A stretch of 64,000 nucleotides of DNA from a virus (IMGVR_UViG_3300047292_000147:6378-70377), one strand, 5' to 3'; shown: positions 46,575 to 55,906, counted from the first letter of the stretch. Translations and numbers: made by a program. The notes: a model not told the origin generated them from the letters alone.

Positions 46575-47822
46575 TTAGACCAGATCTCCGGTGAGGAAGA
46601 CTTGGGTACGTGCACGGCTGACGCCGACATAAAGCATTCGTGCAATTTGATCTCCTGAGTTACAGCGACGGATGTCATCGAGATCTACGAACACACGATC
46701 GAACGTGGAGCCTTGTGCCTTGTTGATGGTGCAGGCATAGGCAGCACGAAGATCGATCCACTGGGATTCCATTTCAGAGACAGCACCGAAGTTGTCTGCA
46801 GCACGCATCTTCTTGATGCCTGCGTTCCACTCCTGAAGACTTCTGGGGTGGAACAACCAGATGCCGTCGATGCACATCATGTTGCCTGGCACTTCGTATC
46901 GAACCGAAGGGCTTTCGATAGCAGTAATCTGGACCATCTGATCGGTCTTGATCGAGCTACGGCCGACGGTGACAAACGAGTTGCAAACTGCGTAATCGTC
47001 AACCTGAAAGTCGGGATCTCCCTTCACATGGTTTTGGACAAAGTGGTTGTAGCCGATCACGCACTTGTTGGTCCAAGCCAGGATCTTGGAGTCCTGGTAA
47101 CGCCAGTCAGGCCGCGTGAACTCAGCCTTGATGGCTTCGTTGAACGCATCCCGCTGCAAGTACTGAACGTGGTGCCCGTCAGGTGTGAAGCTGAAGAACT
47201 CACCTGTGTTGACCGTGTGACGGAACTTGGTGGAGAGGTCAACGATCGGATTGCCTTCAGCCTGACGAACCACGGTGGTCAGCGCAGCACCTGAGAAGTT
47301 GGCATCGAACACTGGAGTGCCGGTTGCCTTGACGGGTGTGAGCTGAGCCGGATCACCGATGAACACCACCTTGCAGTTCTTGGTCATCTTGAAGATGAAG
47401 CTCAGCAGCTGCTTGTCCACATAGCTCGCCTCATCGATGAAGAGCAGGTAGCCCTGCTTCTGATCCGAAGTGCGAGGAATGAGGGTGGTGGTGTTGCTGC
47501 GGTAGTCCGTCTGGACACGCAAGCCAAGGAAGGAATGGATCGTCACTGCACCTTGGCCAGTGATGCTGCCCAGGTTCTCTGCAGCCTTGTTGGTGGTTGC
47601 AGTCAGAGCGACTTCGTATTCCTTGTGCTCTGGGTTGATCAGCCGTGCCGTCTTGTTGAAGGCAGGCATGCGATCGATCAGTGTGCGAACCAGAGTGGAC
47701 TTGCCACAACCTGAATATCCACGGAGCACAAACACCGTTTCAATTGGGTCCATCAGAAAGTTGTGGAAGGCTCCCAGGGCATTCTGCTGGTCTTCGGTGA
47801 GTGTGATTTCTTGGGTGGTCAT
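46575..47822 (-). CDS. Dda-like SF1 DNA helicase (N4 gp37-like)
   Basis: GYSGCGKST, LFIDEAS, FIGDPAQL, CTINKAQGSTF, YVGVSRA. Confidence 0.9.
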   Translation of the reverse strand: MTTQEITLTEDQQNALGAFHNFLMDPIETVFVLRGYSGCGKSTLVRTLIDRMPAFNKTARLINPEHKEYEVALTATTNKAAENLGSITGQGAVTIHSFLGLRVQTDYRSNTTTLIPRTSDQKQGYLLFIDEASYVDKQLLSFIFKMTKNCKVVFIGDPAQLTPVKATGTPVFDANFSGAALTTVVRQAEGNPIVDLSTKFRHTVNTGEFFSFTPDGHHVQYLQRDAFNEAIKAEFTRPDWRYQDSKILAWTNKCVIGYNHFVQNHVKGDPDFQVDDYAVCNSFVTVGRSSIKTDQMVQITAIESPSVRYEVPGNMMCIDGIWLFHPRSLQEWNAGIKKMRAADNFGAVSEMESQWIDLRAAYACTINKAQGSTFDRVFVDLDDIRRCNSGDQIARMLYVGVSRARTQVFLTGDLV

Positions 47823-48187
47823 CAATAGTCTGCGGGTAGTTCCTCTTCCGTATTGAGCTCTTCGACGGTGATTCCCAGCAGAGCGGCAATCTTGATGTCT
47901 TCGTAGTCTTTACGGGAAAGGATGCGGGTTTTGAAATAGTTCGATTGAAACGAAGTGATCGTTTTTGGTTTGTTGTACTGCTCTTCGAGCACTTCGGCAT
48001 TCTTCAGGCAAGCAACAAACCTCAAGCCTTCGTCATATGGAAGAACGATGCTTTTGTTGTAGTCGTATTCGACAGCCAAGAAATTTTCCTTGGGTATCTT
48101 GTTGTACAGCTCAGCACGGGCTTGTGCGACAGCTGCTTTCTTAGAAAGCTTCTTCAAGCTTTCGGGAACTGTGGTGGTAATAGCCAT
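47822..48187 (-). CDS. Hypothetical protein
   Basis: Coupled to both neighbours. Confidence 0.55.
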   Translation of the reverse strand: MAITTTVPESLKKLSKKAAVAQARAELYNKIPKENFLAVEYDYNKSIVLPYDEGLRFVACLKNAEVLEEQYNKPKTITSFQSNYFKTRILSRKDYEDIKIAALLGITVEELNTEEELPADY

Positions 48188-48188
48188 G

Positions 48189-49310
48189 TCATACCTCATA
48201 GTGAATTACTTTGCCGAATGGAGCTTCGAACTTGGGGTTATCGTGGATTAACCACAGTGTCTTGGCTTTGGTTTCGGGGCCGTAGAAATGAAAGTAACCG
48301 TCCGTGAACACCAGCAATAGCTGGGGTTTGTTGGTATCGGCCCATTCCAATACTGGCTCAATGCGAGTACCACCTCGGCCGGTGAAACTAACGTGCATCA
48401 GATCGTGCATGCTGTGCACCTTGTCTACTGACTTAAGCTCGGTGTCGAACTGAATGATCGTGATGGTTTCTGGCTTCATCATCTTCATGATGGAAGCCGT
48501 CTCGGACACGAAGCGGTTGAATTCCTCATCGGACACTGAGCCCGAGGTATCTACTGCAACGGCGATGTTGATCAGGTTTTCACCGAACAACCGTGGCATG
48601 TGGAACTGAGGAAAGAACCTGCGATTGGGCTTCTTGAAGCTGTAGTCGTTCTTGGCAAACGTCTGCAGGTATTTCTGGAGGATGCGGTTCCAGGGCAGCT
48701 TGGGATTCAGCAACCGGTCCAGGAAGATTTGGATCTCACCAGGTATGCTTCCTGGCTTGTCGCCGGCCATCTTTGACTGGATCGATGCTCGAACCAAAAT
48801 GTCCTGGATGTCATTGGCCAGGGCCTCAGCAGCTGCAGAAGAGCTGTCATCTGGGGCTTGTAGGTCTTCTCCGAAGCCTGGCATGGGTTGGTCTGCAGGA
48901 GACGCAGGAAGGAGGTTGTAGACCTCTTCCGTAGACAGTTGCTTGTACTGGTCATCAGCCAGACCATCCTTGGGCATCTTGAAGCCACGCTCGATCAGCT
49001 GCAGGTTGATTACATGGTCAGCTGCCATGTTGAACTTGCGGTGATCACGATCGCCTTTGCGCTCCATGTGCAGGTAAGCACAGTGCATGGCCTCATGCAA
49101 GATCAGAAACACTCGTTCTTCATGGCTCAAGGACATGAAAAACTCGGGGTTGTACATGATCTTCTTGCCATTGGTGGCAGCAGTACGCACCTTGTCGCTG
49201 AACTCATGGATCAAGCTGAAGGCGAGGGTGGTGAAGAAAGCCGAGTCAGGTTTGCCCATCAAGGCAATCTTTGCCTTGTTCAAGGCGATTTCGTGAGGTG
49301 TTTGTTCCAT
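48189..49310 (-). CDS. vWA domain / metallopeptidase-like protein (N4 gp25-like)
   Basis: TAATNG, ILHEAMH (HExxH), AVDTSGS MIDAS motif, GRGGT, VFTDG. Confidence 0.85.
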   Translation of the reverse strand: MEQTPHEIALNKAKIALMGKPDSAFFTTLAFSLIHEFSDKVRTAATNGKKIMYNPEFFMSLSHEERVFLILHEAMHCAYLHMERKGDRDHRKFNMAADHVINLQLIERGFKMPKDGLADDQYKQLSTEEVYNLLPASPADQPMPGFGEDLQAPDDSSSAAAEALANDIQDILVRASIQSKMAGDKPGSIPGEIQIFLDRLLNPKLPWNRILQKYLQTFAKNDYSFKKPNRRFFPQFHMPRLFGENLINIAVAVDTSGSVSDEEFNRFVSETASIMKMMKPETITIIQFDTELKSVDKVHSMHDLMHVSFTGRGGTRIEPVLEWADTNKPQLLLVFTDGYFHFYGPETKAKTLWLIHDNPKFEAPFGKVIHYEV

Positions 49311-49347
49311 AGGGTCTTTAAATGAAAAGAGCCACTATGGGCTCGAG

Positions 49348-49797
49348 TTATGTGGAAATGAGCATTCTGGCTCGGTACAGCTTCCCGTACTCTTCCTGGT
49401 TGTCCCAGGGCAGGGGAGTGGTTTCTTTGTGGTGTTGCAGAATGTATTCTCGAAGAGCTACCGGATCGTCAATGAGCTTCATCAAGCAACCCATGCTTGG
49501 ATCAATGTCAGTTTCGTAACGTTCCAAACGAACGATTTCACCATCAGCAGTAAATCGGCCAAATAACGTACCAGCTCCGTATTGGTCACCCTCGGACCAG
49601 CTTGAATCATAAGCAATGCCTGCTTTTTCAAGCTCACTTAGAAAACCAAGCGTGCCGTAATTTACTTCGTGGAATTCGAACTCAACGAATTGATCCCCAT
49701 TTTGGCGAGCATGTTCGGGTTCGTAATCAAACAGCTTTTTTGCAGCATCAGCCTGTGAAGCCAGGAGATCAAGGTAGACAGTAGTTCTGTCTCCCAT
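49348..49797 (-). CDS. Hypothetical protein
   Basis: Start reassigned to MGDRTTVYL. Confidence 0.55.
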   Translation of the reverse strand: MGDRTTVYLDLLASQADAAKKLFDYEPEHARQNGDQFVEFEFHEVNYGTLGFLSELEKAGIAYDSSWSEGDQYGAGTLFGRFTADGEIVRLERYETDIDPSMGCLMKLIDDPVALREYILQHHKETTPLPWDNQEEYGKLYRARMLIST

Positions 49798-49798
49798 A

Positions 49799-49984
49799 TC
49801 ACTTGATCTGTTCTTGCAGCTCACCAATGACTGCATAGTAGTAATCGACCATGCGCTGGTGGTAGTGCATGGCAGCAATTTCCTTGATCAGGAGCCTGCG
49901 ATTTTCTTCGAGATCCGTGACTGCGATCTCTTTTGCCGTTGGTTTGGCGAAGAAGAATTGGTTGAGTTTTCTGAGGATTGACAT
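49799..49984 (-). CDS. Small hypothetical protein
   Basis: MSILRKLNQFFFAKPTAKEIA... Confidence 0.5.
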   Translation of the reverse strand: MSILRKLNQFFFAKPTAKEIAVTDLEENRRLLIKEIAAMHYHQRMVDYYYAVIGELQEQIK

Positions 49985-50015
49985 AAAAGAAAAGGCCACC
50001 AGTTACGGTGGCCTT
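49985..50015 (-). terminator. Terminator
   Basis: AAGGCCACC-GTAACT-GGTGGCCTT followed by TTCTTTT on the minus strand. Confidence 0.75.
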
Positions 50016-50034
50016 GGGTTTGTTGAAACGTAGA

Positions 50035-51048
50035 TCAAAACAGGCTTGTTGCTGAATCGGAAATCCATTTTTGCACCGCAGCGTGGGACATCATGGCTTT
50101 GTTACGGCGTATGGTTTCTCGCATGGTCACGACTTGGAACTCGACAGGCAGACGCTGGACGAACTCCATCAGCTTGCCGAAATTGTCCTGGCTTGCGTTG
50201 TGAGCAATGGAGCCAGTCAGAGCAAACAGGATCGATGGCTCGGTGGGAACTCGGATCTCCTTGGGATTCAAGATGATCTGAGCAGGCGTCGGCAGATCGT
50301 TGTAGATCCGCATGAAGGTCGTGAACTCTCGAGCCACACCTTCTGAAAGGGTGCCTGCGAGCATGGCAAGACGCTCCTTGTCACCATCGGCCGTCACACC
50401 CATCACACGGTTGGCAAACTCCCAGGTGCGTGGGCACGCATAGGTCTTGTCGGTGTGATCAGGGGTGAAGGTGTAGAGCTGACCGGGCTTGAACTTGATG
50501 TACGAAGTGATCCGGTGATCGATGTCGTTCTGCTCAGCCCAGTCGATCCATTCCTCTGCATCGACCACCAGCTCCATGTGCACCAGTCGAGACTGCAGGG
50601 CAGTGCTCATGGGTTGCACGATGGCGTTGTCTGTCTCCAGGTTGCCAGCAGCCACGATGGCCACGTTCTTGTGCAGATGGTGGCTACCCACCATGCGATC
50701 CAGGATCAGCTTGTAGGCTGCTGCCTGGATGGCTGGAGGTGCACTGGTGGCTTCGTCCAAGAACAAGAGCCAACCTGAATAGCCTGCAGGGATTGGATCA
50801 CCTTCGATGGGGAAGTGAGCCATGGGCACGTAGTCAGCCTTCTTGCCGGCAACCGTGGGAAAGCCAGCCAGATCAGTGGGGTCACACTGGCTCAGGCGAA
50901 GGTCGATGACTTTCAGGTTGTAGTCCTCAGCGATCTTGTAAATGATCTGGGACTTGCCGCAGCCAGGACTGCCAACCAGCATGGGAACCAGCTTGGCACG
51001 GATGTAGGAAGCCAGCATTGGAATGGCTTGGGAGATTTTGACTTGCAT
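50035..51048 (-). CDS. AAA+ ATPase (N4 gp24-like, MoxR-related)
   Basis: GSPGCGKS, LLFLDEA, VAAGN, CPRTWE. Confidence 0.85.
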   Translation of the reverse strand: MQVKISQAIPMLASYIRAKLVPMLVGSPGCGKSQIIYKIAEDYNLKVIDLRLSQCDPTDLAGFPTVAGKKADYVPMAHFPIEGDPIPAGYSGWLLFLDEATSAPPAIQAAAYKLILDRMVGSHHLHKNVAIVAAGNLETDNAIVQPMSTALQSRLVHMELVVDAEEWIDWAEQNDIDHRITSYIKFKPGQLYTFTPDHTDKTYACPRTWEFANRVMGVTADGDKERLAMLAGTLSEGVAREFTTFMRIYNDLPTPAQIILNPKEIRVPTEPSILFALTGSIAHNASQDNFGKLMEFVQRLPVEFQVVTMRETIRRNKAMMSHAAVQKWISDSATSLF

Positions 51049-51051
51049 GAA

Positions 51052-51462
51052 TTACCACCAGGAATCGTAAATAACAGCTTTGCCTTCAGAGAAGGCAATA
51101 CGTGATTTGGCGACGAACTCAAGCACTTCGGCTTTGTCTTCGTCACTAAAAGGTTCTCCACCACCAAAGAAAAAACCCTGCGTTGCAGGCAGGGCTTTGA
51201 GAGTGGCTAAAGACTCAAGGACATCTATGTCCTCTGACATCAACCGCACAGTGTTGCAGTTGAATGACTCACTGGTGCCGCCTTTCCTGTCATACAGTTG
51301 GTGCATCCAGCCGTGAAGATGGTTGAACTTGCGCCAGTAGGCGAATTCACGGTCCAGGTTGGCAACGGCATGACTGCCGTCTTCGTTGTAGATCTTGATG
51401 TCCACCTGCTGATCGCCAACGCTATCGGCTTCACAGGTGTAGGCGTACATATCGAGGCCCAT
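51052..51462 (-). CDS. Conserved phage hypothetical protein
   Basis: MGLDMY...AYWRKFNHLHGWM...FNC...GFFFG...IYDSWW family. Confidence 0.65.
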   Translation of the reverse strand: MGLDMYAYTCEADSVGDQQVDIKIYNEDGSHAVANLDREFAYWRKFNHLHGWMHQLYDRKGGTSESFNCNTVRLMSEDIDVLESLATLKALPATQGFFFGGGEPFSDEDKAEVLEFVAKSRIAFSEGKAVIYDSWW

Positions 51463-51472
51463 TGCATTTCCT

Positions 51473-51661
51473 TTATTGGTTTACTTGCTTGAGCAAAGTG
51501 TTGTGATAAGTCATCAGCAGACTGAACAGCTCGTTCTTGTCTGTGATGGGGAGTTTTGATTCAGAGAAGTCAACAACCTCTTGAAGGGAGCCCAGTGTAG
51601 GAAACAGGCCCATATGAACCGCACGGAGTGGCGGTTGTTGATTACTTGATTGCTTGGACAT
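51473..51661 (-). CDS. Small conserved N4-like protein
   Basis: FPTLGSLQEVV...LPITDKNELFSLLMTYHNTLL. Confidence 0.55.
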   Translation of the reverse strand: MSKQSSNQQPPLRAVHMGLFPTLGSLQEVVDFSESKLPITDKNELFSLLMTYHNTLLKQVNQ

Positions 51662-51944
51662 TGGTTTGTTGTTGCTTCTTGCCGAAGATTGATTTGAAGA
51701 ACCCGGATACTTTGTCCATCAAAGTAGGTTCAACCATGGTGATAGGCAGTTCAACTTGCTGTGTGTACAGCGGAACTGCTTTGGGTTTAGGGACTGGTGC
51801 GACACCCATCTCGACCAGAACACGATTGATTGTTCTGCGTGAGACTTTGTAGTCAGCAGCCAGGTCTTTGACTTTTACCTTCATGAAGGTGTACTGGTGA
51901 ACGATTACGTGTTTCTGAACGTCGGTGATGATTCGGACTGTCAT
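51642..51944 (-). CDS. HTH-containing small protein
   Basis: KDLAADYKVSRRTINRVLVE helix-turn-helix pattern. Confidence 0.55.
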   Translation of the reverse strand: MTVRIITDVQKHVIVHQYTFMKVKVKDLAADYKVSRRTINRVLVEMGVAPVPKPKAVPLYTQQVELPITMVEPTLMDKVSGFFKSIFGKKQQQTNVQAIK

Positions 51945-51966
51945 GATTGATCCTTGGTGGTGTTGG

Positions 51967-52161
51967 TCATAGTTTGCGAGTTCTTTCCATGCGGCACTGC
52001 TCTTTCATCTTGGGCGTGAAGTCAGGATGAAACTCAGCCATGCTGCAATCGAGTGGCTTTTCCTGGGAAGCATGGAACTGGAAAATGTAGGCAGTCATGA
52101 TCACTTGGCCAATCAAGAAGGCAACAAGCAACCATTCAGCAAGTTGTTTGGGTAGTTTCAC
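51967..52161 (-). CDS. Small membrane protein
   Basis: One N-terminal TM segment. Confidence 0.5.
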   Translation of the reverse strand: MKLPKQLAEWLLVAFLIGQVIMTAYIFQFHASQEKPLDCSMAEFHPDFTPKMKEQCRMERTRKL

Positions 52162-52269
52162 AGGGGTCTTTCTGAAGGTACTTAGACCCTCGGTGTCACA
52201 TAGTCAAAAATCAAAATTCTGAGAAGTCAGAATATCGGTAGGAAGTTTTGGAGAACTTTTCTGCTGAAC

Positions 52270-52306
52270 AAAAAAATGTGGACTCACCTTTTCGGATGAG
52301 CCCACG
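52270..52306 (-). terminator. Terminator after RNAP2
   Basis: GTGGGCTCA..TGAGTCCAC stem followed by a T7 run on the minus strand. Confidence 0.7.
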
Positions 52307-52349
52307 TTTCCCACTTCACCAAGCGTCCGTAGGACGCCTAACCCAGCTT

Positions 52350-53594
52350 TCAGCAGAGTCCGTATGCAGACTCCCTGATCTTGTCACCCAGGGTCTGGGA
52401 CAACTTCGGGAACATCCCTGGCTTGCCATGGAGTTGGCTCAAGATGTCGTCCAGAAGGTAGCTATCAGCCAGGTCAGCCAGGATCTCCTTGTACTGATAC
52501 CGAACCCAATTGATGTTGTTGGGGTGTGCTTTGAACTCGTCATGGATGGTGACGATCTCAAAGGGTTGGTACTGGAGCATGCCGTTGATGATCTTGGCCA
52601 AGTGCTCGAGGTGCTCTTGGCTCAGCTTCTGCAGGTTCTCTGGGGTCAGATGAGGCATGATCACGACATCCGGGACAGTACTTCTCTCGTACTGCTGGAC
52701 GTAGTAGCCGGCCTTGCCATAGGGCATAGAGACTTCTCTCTTGGCTCCCATGATGCGTTCCAGCATCTCGATCTCAATCCATGCTGCTGCTTGTTCTGCG
52801 ATCTCCCGATCGTAGTTGCAGCGACGGTGCATGCTCCTCAGCACGTAAGCATCGACACTGTGAGTGACGTTGGCTGCATTGCTGAGCCCTGACTTCGAGC
52901 CCTGGTTCTCGTAGAACTCGTAGCTGAAGGTGGCATGGTTTAGCTCATCGACCTCGATGCGTGCCTCGACCTTCTTCATGACCTTTATGCGAGCATCGAA
53001 GCCGTCAGGCATCACCCAGGCATGCTGCAAGGCATAGGGTTGCCAGCTGGCCAACAAGTCTTGCAGCAGCTCCCATGCACCTGGTGCGATGATTTGAGCA
53101 GCCTCGTAGAACGCAGCCAGCTCAGGAGTCTCGTCACCGAAGAGGTTCTTTGGCTCGGCCTTGGAACCGTAGAAACTGGTCATCAGGGCTTGCTTGGCAT
53201 CCTTGCGGTCTACGACCAGGTTGCCACCCAAGATGCCGTTCATCACCTCTGTGCAGGTGGTATAGGCATCGGCTCGAACATTGGGGTCAACCAAGCCTGT
53301 AGCCGTGGCACCAGCTTCGCAGCCAGTCAGGACAGACATCATCTGAATGCCTGAGCAGGTGCCATCCACACCAACCAGATGGCCAGTAGGAATGCCTTGC
53401 TGTGCTTTGCGGATGGCTTGAACAGCCTTGATGTACAGAGGCTTGGTTTCTGCCAGTGAAGCAAGGTGCTCCAGATCAAGCATGTGACAGTCGGTCCAGT
53501 GAATACGTTCTTCGAACGTCACCTTGTCCATACCGTACTGGGTAGCAGCATCAATGAGAAGCCACTGATACCCGGTGTAATGATTCATTGCCAT
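52350..53594 (-). CDS. N4 RNA polymerase II subunit 2 (gp16-like)
   Basis: WLLIDAATQYGMDK, VGVDGTCSGIQ, RKDAKQALMTSFYGS, IHDEF. Confidence 0.9.
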   Translation of the reverse strand: MAMNHYTGYQWLLIDAATQYGMDKVTFEERIHWTDCHMLDLEHLASLAETKPLYIKAVQAIRKAQQGIPTGHLVGVDGTCSGIQMMSVLTGCEAGATATGLVDPNVRADAYTTCTEVMNGILGGNLVVDRKDAKQALMTSFYGSKAEPKNLFGDETPELAAFYEAAQIIAPGAWELLQDLLASWQPYALQHAWVMPDGFDARIKVMKKVEARIEVDELNHATFSYEFYENQGSKSGLSNAANVTHSVDAYVLRSMHRRCNYDREIAEQAAAWIEIEMLERIMGAKREVSMPYGKAGYYVQQYERSTVPDVVIMPHLTPENLQKLSQEHLEHLAKIINGMLQYQPFEIVTIHDEFKAHPNNINWVRYQYKEILADLADSYLLDDILSQLHGKPGMFPKLSQTLGDKIRESAYGLC

Positions 53595-53613
53595 TTGTGG
53601 CTCCTTTGATTGG

Positions 53614-53841
53614 TTAGGTTAGAAGAAGGGCAAGAGCACGAAGCTCTTTGGGAACGTCGTCAACAATCACCGGAGTGAGATCATTGCAACGCCACCAAGT
53701 TTTCGTCATAAAAGGGCTGTAGATGTACGCACCGTCGTAGATCTCTTGCCCAAACTGGGCTTTGATGTCCTTCGATGTCAAATTTCGGCCGTTAAGTGAG
53801 GCCACCAACTGGGTGCCATAGAACAGGTGAACGATGCTCAT
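53614..53841 (-). CDS. Small hypothetical protein
   Basis: Ends VPKELRALALLLT; overlap-coupled. Confidence 0.55.
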   Translation of the reverse strand: MSIVHLFYGTQLVASLNGRNLTSKDIKAQFGQEIYDGAYIYSPFMTKTWWRCNDLTPVIVDDVPKELRALALLLT

Positions 53842-54053
53842 GGGACATCCAGTACCAGCAGATGAGCCCTGAATGCAGTGGGGAACTTGTTCAAAGACAA
53901 GTCTTTGAGCATGCCTCCTGCGATCATCCCGAAGTCTGGTGAGTTGCAATCTTCACCAAGATCAAGGCAGTAGTAGCCTTGGTATTTGGAGAAGTCGATC
54001 TCGTTGGCTTCCACGAAGGTGCCCATTCGATACAGGTAGTACCGTGATTTCAT
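53838..54053 (-). CDS. Small hypothetical protein
   Basis: Ends FPTAFRAHLLVLDVP; overlap-coupled to RNAP1. Confidence 0.55.
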   Translation of the reverse strand: MKSRYYLYRMGTFVEANEIDFSKYQGYYCLDLGEDCNSPDFGMIAGGMLKDLSLNKFPTAFRAHLLVLDVP

Positions 54054-54955
54054 GGGACACCTGTGACAAGTTCTTCGTTGGCCAGCTCGATCTGGGCTTT
54101 CTTGAAGGCAGTGCCCTGAGTGGTGATGTGATAGCCCATGGCATAGATCCGGCCACGTTTATCCACCTTGTGAGTGAGATAGAACTTGTTGCCTTGCTGT
54201 GCCATGAGGCTGTAGAACTCATAGCTCTGCCGCTTGAAGGCATTCCACTGATCGGTCTGATCCTGGTCTTTGAGCTCGAAAGTAGGATCTTCTTCAACAG
54301 TGCTGAGGAAATCTGTATCGAGCTTCAATGCTACCTTGTTCATCAGGTTCAGGACATCTAGGCAGATGTCTCCGTCATGATGGTTGCCGGTGCCAAGGAT
54401 CAAAGAATCATTGTGAGTCAGGTAGCCTGAGCTGTAGTTGTGGGTTAACTCCAGTGGTTCACACACCATGGGTGGCAGGTACTGAGAGTTCTCGATGAAG
54501 CTGATGAGGATCTCAGGAAGAGGTATTCGAGAAACCACCATCAGACTGGCCATCTTGTCCTCTTTGCTGATGTCGAAGGCATCGGTCAAGCAGAGCACTG
54601 CCAGTAACTCAGCCACCGTGGTGATGGCTTCTGTCCTGTCAGAGAACTGCAGTCGTGATGCAACCTGTGCTGATACTGAGGTAAACAGTTCAGGCTTCTG
54701 CGAGTAGGCAATACCCACAAAGATGTCCATGACCAAGGCCTGAACATCCAGGTTCTCCAGCTGGGCAATCCTTTTCATCTTGGATTCGTAGTACTGGCCA
54801 GCCTTGTACTTCTCGACCAGCTCGACACCATGCTTGAGCTTGGCTTGCATCTCAGGATGATCTTTTATAGCTGTCCTGATCTTGGCGTCAATGTGCTTGC
54901 GGTTGTATCTCTGTTCGTTCATTTCCTGGAGAACGATCTGTCTCATGGTTTCCAT
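54050..54955 (-). CDS. N4 RNA polymerase II subunit 1 (gp15-like)
   Basis: YLPPMVCEP, FYLTHKVDKRGRIY..GYHITTQGT.FKKA; GGAG Shine-Dalgarno before the ATG at 54955. Confidence 0.9.
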   Translation of the reverse strand: METMRQIVLQEMNEQRYNRKHIDAKIRTAIKDHPEMQAKLKHGVELVEKYKAGQYYESKMKRIAQLENLDVQALVMDIFVGIAYSQKPELFTSVSAQVASRLQFSDRTEAITTVAELLAVLCLTDAFDISKEDKMASLMVVSRIPLPEILISFIENSQYLPPMVCEPLELTHNYSSGYLTHNDSLILGTGNHHDGDICLDVLNLMNKVALKLDTDFLSTVEEDPTFELKDQDQTDQWNAFKRQSYEFYSLMAQQGNKFYLTHKVDKRGRIYAMGYHITTQGTAFKKAQIELANEELVTGVP

Positions 54956-54987
54956 TGGTTTCTCCATGTCCTGGCAACAGCGCCAGC

Positions 54988-55002
54988 CCATGGCCGGAGG
55001 CC
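54988..55002 (-). promoter_or_regulatory. Candidate vRNAP hairpin promoter upstream of RNAP1
   Basis: Template (+) strand CCAT-GGCC-GGA-GGCC. Confidence 0.6.
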
Positions 55003-55043
55003 GAGACCTGAGGGATGACTGTCTTTGCTGCGGTCTACGTGTG

Positions 55044-55080
55044 AAAAAAACAACCACCACTCCCGAAGGAGCAGTGGTTT
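55044..55080 (-). terminator. UUCG-loop terminator
   Basis: ACCACTGCTCC-TTCG-GGAGTGGTGGT followed by a T run on the minus strand. Confidence 0.75.
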
Positions 55081-55089
55081 TGGAGCGGA

Positions 55090-55362
55090 TCACTCCAGGG
55101 CGAAGCCCGAGGTATCAGCAGGAAGGGCCGACTGGTACTCGATCTCCAGCTTGGCAAGGATCTGAGCAGCGCGGCTCGGATCTTCGTTCAGCCAGGCGAG
55201 CAGTGCCTTCTCGTTGCCTTTGCTCTCTTTGAGAGGGATAGCACCGAGCTTCTTACGGCCGCCGTTCTTGGCAGGCAGGTAGAAGTTGAGGAAGCCCTGA
55301 GCCTTCCAGTTCTCGTTGGAAGGGGTAGCAGCAGCGTTGGTAACAGCGTTTTGAAAGGCCAT
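55090..55362 (-). CDS. Early protein, possible distant N4 gp2-like ssDNA-binding RNAP II activator
   Basis: KAQGFLNF..LGAIPL resembles the N4 gp2 motif as I recall it; early-region position upstream of RNAP1; GGAG Shine-Dalgarno. Confidence 0.45.
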   Translation of the reverse strand: MAFQNAVTNAAATPSNENWKAQGFLNFYLPAKNGGRKKLGAIPLKESKGNEKALLAWLNEDPSRAAQILAKLEIEYQSALPADTSGFALE

Positions 55363-55406
55363 GAGAGTTCTCCAGAGAGGATTGATTGACGGCAGGATTT
55401 GCCAGT

Positions 55407-55422
55407 CCATGGGCGAAGCCCA
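55407..55422 (-). promoter_or_regulatory. Candidate vRNAP hairpin promoter upstream of the gp2-like gene
   Basis: Template strand CCAT-GGGC-GAA-GCCC-A. Confidence 0.65.
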
Positions 55423-55546
55423 AGGAGCAGAGACGTAGGGGAGAAGTGCTACGGTCACTCGTCCAAGGGGAAGGTGACGCTACAGCAAAGCTTGGAAGTT
55501 GTGACAGAAAAGTGAAGACAGCTTTGTCGGTGGTAGTTCGTAAGAG

Positions 55547-55678
55547 TCAGCGTAGGTATGCCAGCACCAAGGCAGTGCTGATTGCCAAAGCAATGCACAC
55601 GACAACGATGACGATGCCATCCCAGTCTGTGGGTTGAGGATCGGTGCCAAAGGTCTGTTGGTACTTGTGATGTTTCAT
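55547..55678 (-). CDS. 43-aa early membrane peptide (MKHHKYQQTFGTDPQPTDWDGIVIVVVCIALAISTALVLAYLR)
   Basis: Read manually; AAGGA Shine-Dalgarno. Confidence 0.5.
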   Translation of the reverse strand: MKHHKYQQTFGTDPQPTDWDGIVIVVVCIALAISTALVLAYLR

Positions 55679-55687
55679 GTTGGTTCC

Positions 55688-55906
55688 TTAGGTTTGGGCA
55701 TGGACATGCCAATGAGTTTGGTTGAAATGCGATACAGGGTAGAAGACCGCACGAAGGCCATGAGCAATGAGAGCAGAGGTTGCAATGAGCGCAGCGTCAT
55801 GGTCATAGGCCTTGTAAGTAATCTGTAAGGGAGTTGCTTCGAGCACCTTGTCGATGTGATCTTCAAGGTAGTACTGGATGTGAAGAGGTGGATGGATCGA
55901 GGCCAT
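55688..55906 (-). CDS. Early hypothetical protein
   Basis: AGGAG Shine-Dalgarno. Confidence 0.55.
   Translation of the reverse strand: MASIHPPLHIQYYLEDHIDKVLEATPLQITYKAYDHDAALIATSALIAHGLRAVFYPVSHFNQTHWHVHAQT

Noticed and set aside
51642-51944. CI-type lysogeny repressor
   Set aside because: It has an HTH-like segment but no peptidase S24 domain or divergent cI/cro layout, so it cannot be called a repressor.
52323-52337. vRNAP promoter hairpin GCGTCC-GTA-GGACGC
   Set aside because: Pyrimidine at the loop centre, no CCAT and a terminator directly downstream; kept only as a low-interest note.
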